Assembly: GCA_963815195.1 (NCBI GenBank)
Contig: CAWFGE010000023.1
Coordinates: 613,908 to 677,907, forward strand
DNA from: an uncultured Planctomycetaceae bacterium
GTDB lineage: Bacteria > Planctomycetota > Planctomycetia > Planctomycetales > Planctomycetaceae
Length of the DNA: 64,000 nt
Direction: 5' to 3'
The translations under genes were made by a program, and so were the position numbers. Of this stretch, positions 1-10,777 are shown piece by piece. Every line of letters starts with the position of its first letter. The first letter of the stretch is position 1. The notes below the pieces were generated by a model. That model searched no databases. It was not told the DNA's origin and saw nothing but the letters and a program-made list of their open reading frames with translations.

Positions 1-129
1 GCTTCTCGGCTGGGAGAGAGTGCGGCATGCGGTGGAATTTCCCCGGTTCCTCGGGCTAACTGGAAATTGTCGCACACGCGGGGCGGACAGTTGCTTTACG
101 CGCCGGCGCGCGAATAAGATTGGGCTGTC

Positions 130-2099
130 ATGAGAAAGAAACTACCGCGCTTTTTGCTGGTCCTCTGCGTCGTCGTCTGGGCCGCCGAGGCTTCCGCTCA
201 GACTGGCTCGGTCAGCTTGGTCTCGCCGGATGAGAAGTTGGAAATTACCTTCCAGCCCGCCGGCTTGGCGCCCGCCGACGCTGGCGGACAACTCGGATAT
301 TCGGTGGCCTATGAAGGCAAGCCGGTGGTCTCGGGACAGAATCTCGGTTTGGCGGTTGAAGGCGGCCCGTTGCTGGGGTCGAACGTGCGGATCCGGTCGA
401 GTTCCAGGGACTCCGCCGATGAGACCTACGAGATGCCGCACGGCCGGTCGAATCCGATCCGCAACCACTACAACTCCCTGCGGATGGAACTGGCGGAACC
501 GGGTCCGCGAGGCCGCAAGCTCATCGTTGATGCTCGTGCCTACAACGACGGAGTGGCGTTCCGCTACATTGTGCCGGCGCAACCGAACATCAAGGATCCG
601 GTCGGCTTCCGGCTGCACGGGGAATCGACGGAATTCCGGTTTGCCAAGGATTCGATTTCCTATCCCCTCTATCTCACCGGCTTTCATAGCAGCTACGAGG
701 ATGAGTACACTCGCGAAGCGATCAGCGGGATTCCGGCGGACCGGTTGATTGCCATGCCGCTGCTGGTGGAGCTTGGCGGCATCGGCGACGTGGCCATCAC
801 CGAGGCGCATCTCGAGGAATATGCCGGCGCTTATTTGAAACACTCGGACGGCAATGCTCTCCGCGTCGAGCTCTCCTCCGACGGGGGGCCGATTGTCGAG
901 CATGGGCTCCCGCACAGCACTCCGTGGCGCGTCATCATGGTGGCGCCCGATGTCGGCAGGCTGATCGAATCGAATATCGTGATCAACCTGAATCCGCCGT
1001 CGGCCATCGCCGACACGTCGTGGATCAAGCCAGGCAAGAGCGTCTGGGACTGGTGGTTCGGCACGGTACACACACCCGATGGTTTCGTGACAGCGATGGA
1101 TACCCGGACTTTCAAGTACCTCATCGATTTTGCCGCCGAGTCCGGCTTTCAGTACGCTCTTGTCGACGATGGCTGGTCCGAGCGGCAGAACATTCTCGAG
1201 CCGAAGCCCGGCATCGATATTCAGGAGATCGTCGAATTCGGGAAGTCGAAAGGCATCGGCGTGTGGCTCTGGCTGCACGTCACTGGCGTGGAGCGGCACA
1301 TGGAAGAGGCATTCCCTCTGTACGAGAAATGGGGTGTGGTTGGCCTCAAAATCGACTTCATGGATAGCGACAACCAGTGGATGGTGAACTGGTACCATCG
1401 GGTGATCCAGCTCGCCGCCAAGCACCATCTGATGGTCGACTTCCATGGCGCGTACAAGCCCACCGGATTGCGCCGCACATACCCGAATCTCATGACCCGC
1501 GAAGCCGTGATGGGACTGGAGTACACGAAGTGGAGCCGCCGGGTGGACCCGGAACACAACATGATGCTGCCATTCACCCGGATGCTCGTCGGGCCGCTCG
1601 AATACACCCCGGGCGGCTTCGGCAATGTGACTCGTGACGAGTTCACTCCGAGGTTCGACGATCCGCTCGTGCTCGGGACGCGCGCCCACCAGCTCAGCCT
1701 GTTCGTCATTTTCGAGAGCCCCTTTCTCTGCGCCGTCGATCACCCCACCGCGTACCGGGGCGCTCCCGAGTTTCAGTTCATCAAGGACGTGCCCACGACT
1801 TGGGACGAAACGCGAGTCTTGATGGCGCCGTGGGAGACTACATCACGATAGCCCGCCGCCGGGGCGCCGATTGGTTCGTCGGCGGCGCGACGGATTGGAC
1901 CAGCCGTGAACTCGACGATTCCCTTGGACTTCCTTGGCGAAGGCGCTACTCCGCCGAGATTTACGCGGACGCTCCGGAGGCTGAACGCCGAACCGGCGAG
2001 GGTCTCTCTATCCCGGCAAGCGGTCGATCGGAGCACGGTCTTGAAGGTCAGCTCGCCTCCGGCGGCGGTCACGCGATCCGTATATCGCCGGACAAGTAA
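130..2099 (+). CDS. Glycoside hydrolase family 97 (secreted alpha-glycosidase), C-terminus broken by several indels
   Basis: Signal peptide (…AAEASA-Q); GH97 motifs RAYNDGVAFRY, SWIKPGK, GLKIDF, DFHG, TYPN…EAVMGLE, FTRMLVGPLEYTPG. The C-terminal domain (GDYITIARR…WFVGG…LDFLGEG…LASGGGHAIRI) continues in other frames after ~1820. Confidence 0.9.
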
Positions 2100-2127
2100 G
2101 GGCGACGTTGCGGGAGGAGTTCCCCAA

Positions 2128-2172
2128 CGGGCAGATCCGGTTCGGGACCAAGAACCGAACCGGAACTGCCCG
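2128..2172. terminator. Strong 18-bp hairpin downstream of the GH97 gene (terminator-like or REP-like, no U-tract)
   Basis: cgggcagatccggttcgg-gaccaagaa-ccgaaccggaactgcccg: inverted repeat with one mismatch, ~30 nt after the stop codon. Confidence 0.5.
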
Positions 2173-2451
2173 CCGCCGCTCTCCTCCTCCTTGGAGCGGG
2201 CCATCGGGACGATGTTAAACCCCGGCGCGACGACTGCTATTAAGTAGCCGACGGGAGCGAATTATAACCCCCCCGAACTGGCGTCTTCGGGCCGGCTTCG
2301 GGGCGACTTTATTGAATGCTATCACTTAGTCTTTAGAGCTGATACCCGGTATTTCCCGTGAATAACAGTAAGGGACATCCCTAGCGCAATTCCGATTTCA
2401 TGAAAATCCGAATGGTTTCTCTCCCCGGTCAAGGGGGTACAATCACTTCCG

Positions 2452-4691
2452 ATGGCTCAGATGCGGTTGAGAGGAAGATACCGTGAATCCAGTGATTTCG
2501 GGCGGCGCCGCCTACGTAATGTATCGATTCCCGCGGCTTGGTACCTCTTCTGACGGTCGGCGCTATCCGGCGCCGTCGCCGGTCTGGAAATCGTCTCTGG
2601 TGTGCCGTATCTTGGCGTTGCTTATATCCTGATGTTTTCCTGGGCCACTGGGCTCCGCGTCAACGGTTCAATACGGTATCGGCAAGCCTTTGCAGTGCGC
2701 TGACGCTGGTGGACCCCTCTCCTCGGGGGTGGGAGCGGATTCTCCGCGGATACGTCTAGTCCGATTGGTGCTCACATGGGCTGGCATTTGGGGCGCGTGG
2801 CTGATCTTGCTTCTGTTCCGCCGCGCGGAGATTGCCTGCCTGCGTTCCGAAGAGCTGTTTCGAATGAGCTTTCACCATGCCGCGACCGGTGCCGGGATTT
2901 CCACCTGCGACGGCCGGTTTCTTCGGGTCAATGATTCGCTCTGCCAATTCTTCGGGTATACCGAACCCGAGTTGCTGAACTTGTCCTGGGCCGATCTGAC
3001 GCATCCGGAAGATCGGGACTTGAGCGCTGCGAAACTCCGGGCGATGTTTGAGGGAGGACCCGAGTCCTTCAGCCTGGAGAAACGATACGTCCGCAAAGAC
3101 GGCTCCACGGCTTGGGGCTTGGTCACGGTTGCTCTGATCCGGGATGAGCACGGCGATCCCGTCAACCGGAGTGTGCAACTCTTGGACATCACGCAGCGAA
3201 AGCGATCGGAGGAAGAGCAGCTCGCCAGTCACGAGTGGTTTCGCAGCAGCTTTCATCACGCCGGAATCGGCATGGCCATCAACTCGCTCGATGGCTATTG
3301 GCTGCAGGTCAATCCGGCCCTTTGCCGGATGCTTGGCTACTCGGAACAGGAATTGCGGGACCGCCGTTGGCAGGACATAACCCACCCCGAGGATCTTGAT
3401 ATCACGGAAGGCGACCGGGCGCGGCTTCTTGGCCGGTGAGATCTTCGCTTACGACGCGGAGAAACGGTTTCTGCACAAGAACGGACGCCCTGTCTGGACC
3501 CATGTCACGGTCTCCTTCATCCGGCGTTCCGACCGCTCTCCCCAATACTTCACAGCGCAAATCGTCGACATCACTGAGCGGCGGATGGCCGAGGAAGCCC
3601 TCACGCGGGAGCGTAGGTTCGCCGACCGCATCATCGATACGCAGCCCAACCTGATCTTCGTCGGCGACGCCGGCAGCCAGAGCTTTGTCTTTGTCAATCA
3701 GCGGGTCACGGCGATTCTTGGTTACACGCCCGAGGAGTTGCTTTCGCTCGGGCAAGCCGTGGTGCTCTCAATCGCCCATCCCGATGACCGGGAGATGATC
3801 CTGGACATGCTGCGTCGGGTCAAGGCCGCGGCCGATGGCGAAATCATCGAGGCCAGTTACCGGCTGCAACATGCCGACGGAGGCTGGCGGTGGTTGACTG
3901 AACGAGCCTCCGTCTTGTCACGCAACGAGGATGGGACAGCCGATCTGACGATCGGCGCGGCCGAGGACGTGACCGTCCGGAGACGAATGGAAGAAGCGCT
4001 TAAAGAGAGTGAGGAGATCCTTCGGCGTCGCAACGATGAACTCCGCGATCTGACGGGACGTCTGCTGGCCGCCGCCGAGGAGGAGCGGGCTCGCATCGCG
4101 CTGGAGCTTCACGACGATCTGAATCAACAACTGGCCATCCTTGGCCTCGACCTGGGCCGGCTGGAACGGCAGGCTCGTGATACCCCGGCCGAGTTCGGAG
4201 ACCGCGTCCAGTCCTTGCAGGACCGGGTCGGAAAACTCTCGGATGACGTCCGCGGCCTGGCTTACCGCCTCCATCCGTCGGTCCTCGATTATCTCGGCCT
4301 GGAGGCGGCCCTGGAGTCCGAGTGCGCGCAATTCTCCAGCCGCGAACGGATGCGAGCCGACTTCACGGCGGTGGACGTGCCGGAGGACGTTCCTCAGGAC
4401 GTCGCGCTCTGTCTCTATCGAATCGCCCAGGAGGGCCTGCGAAACGCCGCGCGTCATGCCTCGTCTCCCCGCGCGACGGTGGCGCTAGTGGGCGATTCTT
4501 CCGGGATTCGGCTGCGCGTCAAGGACTACGGGCGCGGGTTCGATCCCAGCCTCCAGAGTGTCCATCACGGGTTGGGCATTGTTGGAATGCAGGAGCGCGC
4601 GCGGCTGGTGAGCGGGCGCCTGACGGTCGAGTCCCGACCGGGCCATGGTACGGTGGTGGAAGTTTGGGTTCCGCTATCTTCGGAGGGATAG
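2452..4691 (+). CDS. Membrane PAS-domain sensor histidine kinase (NarX/UhpB-type, HisKA_3), frameshifted near 3430; start uncertain
   Basis: Three PAS/PAC repeats (ITHPED…EKRY…DITQRK), H-box ERARIALELHDDLNQ, ATPase boxes EGLRNAARHA, DYGRGF, GLGIVGMQER. Joins ORFs 2690-3439 and 3396-4691. Confidence 0.88.
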
Positions 4692-4694
4692 CCG

Positions 4695-5336
4695 ATGAAC
4701 AGGCCGAAAGTTTTACTTGCGGACGATCATACAATTCTGCTCGAAGGACTTAAGGGTCTGCTCGAAGACGATTTCGAGTTGGTTGGCGCCGCCGCGAACG
4801 GAAGCGAGTTGCTTGCCGCGGCGGACGAACTCGAACCCGATATCATTCTCCTCGACATCTCGATGCCCATCCTCAACGGTATCGAGGCGGCGCGGAGGCT
4901 GAAGGAGAAGAAGTCTAAGGCCAAGATCGTCTTCCTCACGATGCACGCCGATTCGAGGTTCGTGAAGGAAGCGTTTCGCGTGGGCGCGTCTGGGTATCTA
5001 CTCAAGCGCGCGGCCTCGGCTGAGCTAGTAAGCGCCTTGCGGGAAGTTCTCGCCGGGCGTTATTATGTCACGCCCTTGATCACCAAGGACATCATGCATT
5101 CTCTGCTGGACCCGGAGTTCCTCGGGGAAGACCACACCCGCCAACTCACGCCGCGACAGCGGGAGGTCCTGCAACTGGTGGCCGAAGGCAAATCTCTCAA
5201 GGAAATCGCCACCGCCCTGAACCTTTCCACCAAAACCGTGGAATATCACAAGCGCAGCATTATGGACGAACTGGGCCTGCGCACGACGGCCGAGCTTACC
5301 CGGTACGCGATCAAACATGGCATTGTAAATCTGTAG
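4695..5336 (+). CDS. NarL/LuxR-family DNA-binding response regulator
   Basis: REC (LADDH…LDISMP) plus LuxR HTH (LTPRQREVLQLVAEGKSLKEIA…KTVEYH); 3 nt after the kinase. Confidence 0.95.
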   Translation: MNRPKVLLADDHTILLEGLKGLLEDDFELVGAAANGSELLAAADELEPDIILLDISMPILNGIEAARRLKEKKSKAKIVFLTMHADSRFVKEAFRVGASGYLLKRAASAELVSALREVLAGRYYVTPLITKDIMHSLLDPEFLGEDHTRQLTPRQREVLQLVAEGKSLKEIATALNLSTKTVEYHKRSIMDELGLRTTAELTRYAIKHGIVNL

Positions 5337-5347
5337 GCTCGCTGATT

Positions 5348-6623
5348 GTGCTTGTGACAAATCGCAGGGTATTTCTAAATCTCGGTCTTTCCGCCACCGG
5401 CCTCGCTCTGGCGCCGGGGTGCTCTCGGAATGAACGATCGGCCGAGGGACGATATCCGCTCGAGAAAGCTGTGCGGCCTGGCGACGGGGAGGCCTATTTC
5501 ACTGCGGAGAAGCTGGCGGAGATGGTTGGAGACGGCGATCTGGCGACGGGAGTCCGTCCCGCTCGTGGTGGCTTACAACTTCCCGAGCTGGCATCCCAGC
5601 CCCTACATGGAGAATCTTTTCGGCGAGGGGTGGACCGAGTACGATCTTCTCGCTGCTTCCGGCCCTCTGTTCCCCGGTCATCTGATGCCAAAGTACCCGC
5701 TCTGGGGTTACTTCAACGAGGCCGATCCGGAGTGGGCCGAGAAGGAGATTGGCCTGGCGGCCGACGCCGGGCTCGACGCCTGGATGATCGACTGGTACTG
5801 GCACGACGGCACGATGTTTTACCAGGAGCAGCTTGAAGATGGTTTCCTCCGGGCGGAGAACCGCTCCCGGTTGAAGTTCGCTCTAATGTGGGCCAATCAC
5901 GACTGGAAGAATCTTTACCCGGGCACGACCCCGGGCGATTCCCCCGTTCTATTGCACCAGCGGCACAGCGAAGGAGACACGCTCCGCGCGATCGACTACT
6001 GCATCGAGCATTACTTTTCTCAGCCGAATTACCTTCGATTTGGCGGCGATCTGGTTTTTGGGATCTTCAGCCTGGATCCATTCCTCAAAGCGATGCCAGC
6101 CGATCGTGTGAAATGGCTGTTCGACCAAGTGCGGGAACGAGTGGCGAAAGCCGGACTGGGCGATATCCACCTGCAACTCAATGGAGGGTTCGCCGGCCGC
6201 GAGGAGACATTTCACGAGTTCGGATTCGACAGCGCCGTGCCCTACCATTGTTTTCCGTGGACCTATTTCGGGTTTCCCAAAGGAGAACGGACCCCCTACG
6301 GCAAGGGTTGCGTCGACTCGATCGGGATGTGGCGGGGGCTGCGCGCCCGATGCAAGGCGCCCGTGCTGCCTACCTGCTGTGTCGGTTGGGATGACAGCCC
6401 GAGGTTCGGCCGGGAGTCGCACATTGCCGTGCAGAGAACGCCCGATCAATTCGAGCGTCTCCTGACCGCCGCTCAATATCACCTGGCGGAATCTCCGGCT
6501 AACACCCCGAATGCGGTTTACATCAATGCCTGGAACGAGTGGACCGAAGACAACTACCTCTTGCCCGACGCCTGTTACGGCTACAGCTATCTCGAAGCCG
6601 TCCGCCGGGCCTTCCGCCGCTGA
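5348..6623 (+). CDS. Tat-exported GH99-like/WbsX-family glycoside hydrolase-fold protein (one frameshift near 5545)
   Basis: N-terminal NRRVFL…LAPGC Tat/lipoprotein-like signal in ORF 5348; body in ORF 5430 with AYNFPSWH, PLWGY, DWYW, LMWANHDW, GWDDSPR, INAWNEWTE. Confidence 0.8.
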
Positions 6624-6629
6624 AACGCG

Positions 6630-9086
6630 TCAGCTCGCCACAAACTCGTAGGTCGCGCCGGCTTCAGTATCGAACTCCAGTATGTCCGCATCCCTCCGGA
6701 ATGGAATCTCCTTGCCCGCGGAACGCACCACGACATCCTTCCACGGAGTGGCAAAACGAAGGCGCGCTCCCCGTTCGCTGTGAATCCTTGCCCCGGTAAC
6801 CCGGCGGCCATCCCAGGCGGCGCTGACGAGGAAGGCGCCCGCCGCGCGGAGTCCGTCGAAGCGGGCCGGGCCCAGGTTCCCGGTGTTGGGGAACAGACGG
6901 ATAACGCCTGCGTAGCTCTGCAACAGGCATTCGTTCAACACCGCCGGGAGTGAGAGGTTCTCGGTCCACACGCCCATCCGCATCATAAAGTCGTTGTCGG
7001 TCAGGTCCGTGTAGCGTCCGCCGATTTGCCGAGTCCGGTCATTGGCGATTCCATTCGGCAGTTGGCAGTACCGCACCTCGCGTTTGAACCATTCGAGATC
7101 GAGCATCCCGAGCCGCGCCCGCGCCAGCGGTTGCCAGACCAGATCGTTTCCGCCCTCAAGACGAATTGTGCGGACGGTCCCCCTGGCGATCTCCAGCAAG
7201 TCGCGGCTGCGGTCCAGGCCCACCTGTTCGGCCGGAAATACGGGCGAAGCAGTGACTGGCACGTTATAAACATGCTCAACGGGAGCGTTTGCGATGTCGA
7301 GCCAGACCTCGCCATAGGGCCCCTCCCCCCGTGGATAGGGCGCCAGGTTGCGCCGGATCTCCGACCACCTCCACCGGAGGTCCTCATCTCGCTGAAGCAC
7401 TTTCGACGCTTCGATCATGGCGTCAAGCAGGAACTCGGTAAGGGCAATGTCGATGATGCAGTCGCGGTTGAGCCGCTGATCCACCGTGAGCCCCCAATTC
7501 TCCGGAGACACCGTCGGGTTCAGGTGATACTTGCCGTCGGCTTCCTTCCTGGCGTAGGCGGCGAGGAAGACGGTGGCGGCCCGCAACAGCGGATACACGC
7601 GCCGGAGATACTCCTCGTCCAGGGTGTGCTGGTAGTGCCACCACAAGCTCTGCACCGTCCACGGCGTCTCACAGATCTCGTATCCCCAGGGCGGCGCCGG
7701 ATAGGGATTCACGTTGCTCGGAACCGGGTAGGCCGAGTGGGGAAAGTATGCGCCCGGCAAGCCGAACTGCTCGCGGGCGTTCCACTCCGCCATCGGAAGG
7801 AGCTTCTCGACGAGATCCACGTAAGGCAAGTGCTGCTCTACATGGTTCGAGGAAAACACGCCCCAGAAGACCTGCTGGGTGTTGTAGTTCATGTGGTAGT
7901 CGCCGTGCCACGCCGTGCCAATGTTGCCGGTAGACCAATTCCCAAACAGGCCCGGCGCGACTTTGCCGGGCCTCAGGCAGCAGGCCAGCAGGTACTGGTT
8001 GTAATACCAGAAGCCCTCCAGTTCCCGATCGTCGAACTCGACCGCCGACCGGCTCCAGAAATTCTCCCAGCTTTGGCGCGTCTCCTCCCGGTTGGCGGAT
8101 GCGGAACGCGCGGACTCCTCGCGCAACGCTTGCCGGGCCCGGCTACCCGGATCCGGGTCCTCAACCGACGTGTATATCGCGAGGTCAAGTCTCAGGGGAC
8201 CGCTCACACGCGGCTTCAAGAAGATGTGAGGACGGTTCCCTTCAACCAGCGAGCCGTACCAGCCTTCCGGCGCTCTGCCACAAAGCGCGAATGTGCGATC
8301 GTCTTCCGAAGAACCAGGTTCGGGCCGGTCCGCGGTTGGCGCCGTGGCGGGCAGACGTTGCCGGCAGAGAAATCCAGCGCCCTCGAAGCTCAGCTCCGGC
8401 AGCGGCATCTGGGCGTCATGATCGACGTGCGGGTAGTAGGCGATCGATGTGACCGGAGCCGAGCCTTCCACCATAAGGTGGCCGGTGCTCCAGTTGACAC
8501 AACAACCGAGTGCCGCCTTGCCTTGGCTTCCCTTCAAATCGTCAGTCCTCAACTCCAGGCTGTAGAGGCCCGTCGAGATGTCCAACTCCTGGCGCTCTAC
8601 CCGGACCTGGCGGCTGTCCCAGTGGATCCAGACCGTGCCGCAGGGCCAAGGCCGAGGCCAGATTTTGTCATAGGAGGAGCGGACCTTCTGAAGGTAGGCG
8701 CGGAGGCCGGGGTCGTTCACCTCCAGGAACATCTGATCGGGCCTGCCTTCCTGCTTCGCTTTTTCGCCGGCCTCCCTCCAAAGCTTAAGGACACCGGCGA
8801 ACGGCAGCAGGTGTTCCACGTGCTCCTCAGTCACCCTTATGTCCCAGACGTCCAGTTTGCCGATGTGCAGGCCGAGCGCGTCTGGTCGAACCACGGCGCA
8901 GACGCCGATATCTCCGTTGCCAAGCAGCATTCCCTCGAAGAAGTTGGGTGTGGGCAGACTGCGGACAAGCTTGTGCCTCCGGGCAATAGTCACCGCGTCA
9001 ATCGCCACAGCCGCCGAAGCCGGAAGCGGCATGGCCGCGGCGGCCGGGATCCCAGCCAGAAACTCCCGCCGGTTTGGTCCAGTCAT
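6630..9086 (-). CDS. Tat-exported GH95-like (alpha/alpha)6 glycoside hydrolase
   Basis: Start MTGPNRREFLAG (Tat); LLGNGDIG, WHGDYHMNYNTQQ, PTVSPE, NECLLQS, IRLFP, LRAAGAFLVSA resemble the GH95/GH65 clan. Confidence 0.8.
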   Translation of the reverse strand: MTGPNRREFLAGIPAAAAMPLPASAAVAIDAVTIARRHKLVRSLPTPNFFEGMLLGNGDIGVCAVVRPDALGLHIGKLDVWDIRVTEEHVEHLLPFAGVLKLWREAGEKAKQEGRPDQMFLEVNDPGLRAYLQKVRSSYDKIWPRPWPCGTVWIHWDSRQVRVERQELDISTGLYSLELRTDDLKGSQGKAALGCCVNWSTGHLMVEGSAPVTSIAYYPHVDHDAQMPLPELSFEGAGFLCRQRLPATAPTADRPEPGSSEDDRTFALCGRAPEGWYGSLVEGNRPHIFLKPRVSGPLRLDLAIYTSVEDPDPGSRARQALREESARSASANREETRQSWENFWSRSAVEFDDRELEGFWYYNQYLLACCLRPGKVAPGLFGNWSTGNIGTAWHGDYHMNYNTQQVFWGVFSSNHVEQHLPYVDLVEKLLPMAEWNAREQFGLPGAYFPHSAYPVPSNVNPYPAPPWGYEICETPWTVQSLWWHYQHTLDEEYLRRVYPLLRAATVFLAAYARKEADGKYHLNPTVSPENWGLTVDQRLNRDCIIDIALTEFLLDAMIEASKVLQRDEDLRWRWSEIRRNLAPYPRGEGPYGEVWLDIANAPVEHVYNVPVTASPVFPAEQVGLDRSRDLLEIARGTVRTIRLEGGNDLVWQPLARARLGMLDLEWFKREVRYCQLPNGIANDRTRQIGGRYTDLTDNDFMMRMGVWTENLSLPAVLNECLLQSYAGVIRLFPNTGNLGPARFDGLRAAGAFLVSAAWDGRRVTGARIHSERGARLRFATPWKDVVVRSAGKEIPFRRDADILEFDTEAGATYEFVAS

Positions 9087-9159
9087 CGCCACCGGTGTAT
9101 CACAAACCGGAGGCTTCGGGAGACGCGCTCTTCTGTCCGTTGAGAATACAATAACTTCC

Positions 9160-10287
9160 ATGACGCATCGTGAACGAGTCCTCGCCGCTCTCAACCACCG
9201 GCAACCCGACCGTCTTCCTTTGGATCTTGGCAGCACCCGTGTTACCGGCATGGTGAAGGATGGCTATGAGCGGCTGTGCGATCTTCTCGGTTTCGGCAAG
9301 CCGGGTCCGTGCATCGACATGATGCAGCAGCTCTACGAATTCGATGAGCGGGTGCTCGAGTATCTCGACGTCGATGTTCGCGGCGTCTCGCTCGGCGCTC
9401 CCGATGGCGATGGCGATCGGATGCTTCCCGATGGCCGCCATAAGGACGAGTGGGGCGTGACGCGGGTCAAACCGGAGGGCTGCCACTACTACGAGTTGAA
9501 CGTCTGTCCGCTGGCCGGGGCGATCACAGCGGCCGATATCGCCAACCATAAGCTGCCGGATCCAACTGACGCCGGGCGCTTCCGTGGCCTTCGCGAACGC
9601 GCCAGGCGATTGCGCGAGGAAACCGATTTCGCCGTCATTTACAACGCCCGCTATCACCTTGTTCACCAGACGCAGTACTTGCGCGGCTTCGAGGACTGGT
9701 ATTGCGATCTGGCAGGCGATCACGATCTGTTTCGCGCCTTGCTCGACGCGGTTCTCGAGAATATGCTCGAACTCAATCGCCGCGCCTTTGAGGAACTGGG
9801 CGATCTGATCGACATTGTGGGCTTTGGGGACGACATCGGGCTCCAGGACCGTCCGGTATGTTCGCTACCGATGTACCGCGAACTCATCCGCCCGTATCAG
9901 GAGCGCATCACTTCGCATATGCGAGCCCACACTGGCGCGAAGATCTTTTATCACACCTGCGGCTCCGTCTATAGATACATTCCGGAGTTTATCGAACTGG
10001 GTGTCGATGCTTTGAATCCGGTGCAGGTCAGCGCGAAGAACATGGAGCCGGAGCGTTTGAAACAGGAGTTCGGCGGCCGCATCGCCTTCTGGGGTGGCGT
10101 CGATACGCAGCATCTGCTGCCGCATGGCTCGGCGGAAGAAGTGTCGTCCGGCGTGCGCCGTATGTTCGACATCATGGGCCCGGGCGGCGGCTATGTCCTC
10201 TCGGCGGTCCACAACATCCAGCCCGATGTTCCGGCGGAAAATATACTGGCCATGTTCGAGACCGGGCGGCAGTGCGTTTACGGCTAA
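9160..10287 (+). CDS. Uroporphyrinogen decarboxylase/MtaA-CmuA family protein
   Basis: MTHRERVLAALNHRQPDRLP start, DEWG, GDDIG, YHTCG, LNPVQ, FWGGVDTQ, HNIQPDVP. Confidence 0.88.
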   Translation: MTHRERVLAALNHRQPDRLPLDLGSTRVTGMVKDGYERLCDLLGFGKPGPCIDMMQQLYEFDERVLEYLDVDVRGVSLGAPDGDGDRMLPDGRHKDEWGVTRVKPEGCHYYELNVCPLAGAITAADIANHKLPDPTDAGRFRGLRERARRLREETDFAVIYNARYHLVHQTQYLRGFEDWYCDLAGDHDLFRALLDAVLENMLELNRRAFEELGDLIDIVGFGDDIGLQDRPVCSLPMYRELIRPYQERITSHMRAHTGAKIFYHTCGSVYRYIPEFIELGVDALNPVQVSAKNMEPERLKQEFGGRIAFWGGVDTQHLLPHGSAEEVSSGVRRMFDIMGPGGGYVLSAVHNIQPDVPAENILAMFETGRQCVYG

Positions 10288-10296
10288 ACTCAGAAA

Positions 10297-10319
10297 CCGT
10301 TCCCTGACGGTCGCGGCTC
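10297..10319 (-). repeat. REP-like short repeat GAGCCGCGACCGTCAGGGAACGG (copy 1)
   Basis: Lies in the 34-bp gap between convergent genes; 19/23 identical to 60478-60500. Confidence 0.6.
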
Positions 10320-10321
10320 CG

Positions 10322-10748
10322 CTAGCCAAGAGCCGTCAAAATCTCATTGACGGGCGGCTTGCCGCGCTTGGCGTACTGGATGACACCCTTCTCGTCGATC
10401 ACATAGACCGTGCGCTTGACGAAAACGCCGGCGCAGCGGTACATCTTCGCCACGCGCTTGCCGGTGTCGACCAGGAGTGGGAAGGGGAATTTGTGCCGCT
10501 CGCGAAAGCCAGCATGACGCGCCTCGCTGCCCGGATTGATGCCGTAGACCGCGGCTCCGCGTTCCATGGATCTCCTCATAGCTGTCTCGAAGAGCGCACA
10601 ATTGGTCTGTGCAACCCGGCGTGTTATCCATTGGATAAAACACGAGCACGACGCGATGGCCGCGCTGCCGCTCCAGCACGAACTCCCGGCCCTGCTCATC
10701 CAGGCAAGTGAACAGCGGCGCCGTCGAACCGGCCGGCAACGGCTTCAT
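10322..10748 (-). CDS. bcp: Peroxiredoxin, BCP/PrxQ type (frameshift near 10570)
   Basis: FYPMDNTPGCTDQLC active site in ORF 10344-10766; C-terminal FPFPLLVD…KRTVYVIDEKGVI in ORF 10322-10699. Confidence 0.85.
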
Positions 10749-10777
10749 CGAGAAGAGTGACAGCATCTCAACAGAAG

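Noticed and set aside
7026..9143. 705-aa plus-strand ORF, and similar long ORFs such as 142-1743, 39736-40971, 43025-44488 and 46322-47368
   Set aside because: Antisense shadows of well-supported genes, expected in high-GC DNA; no recognisable motifs.
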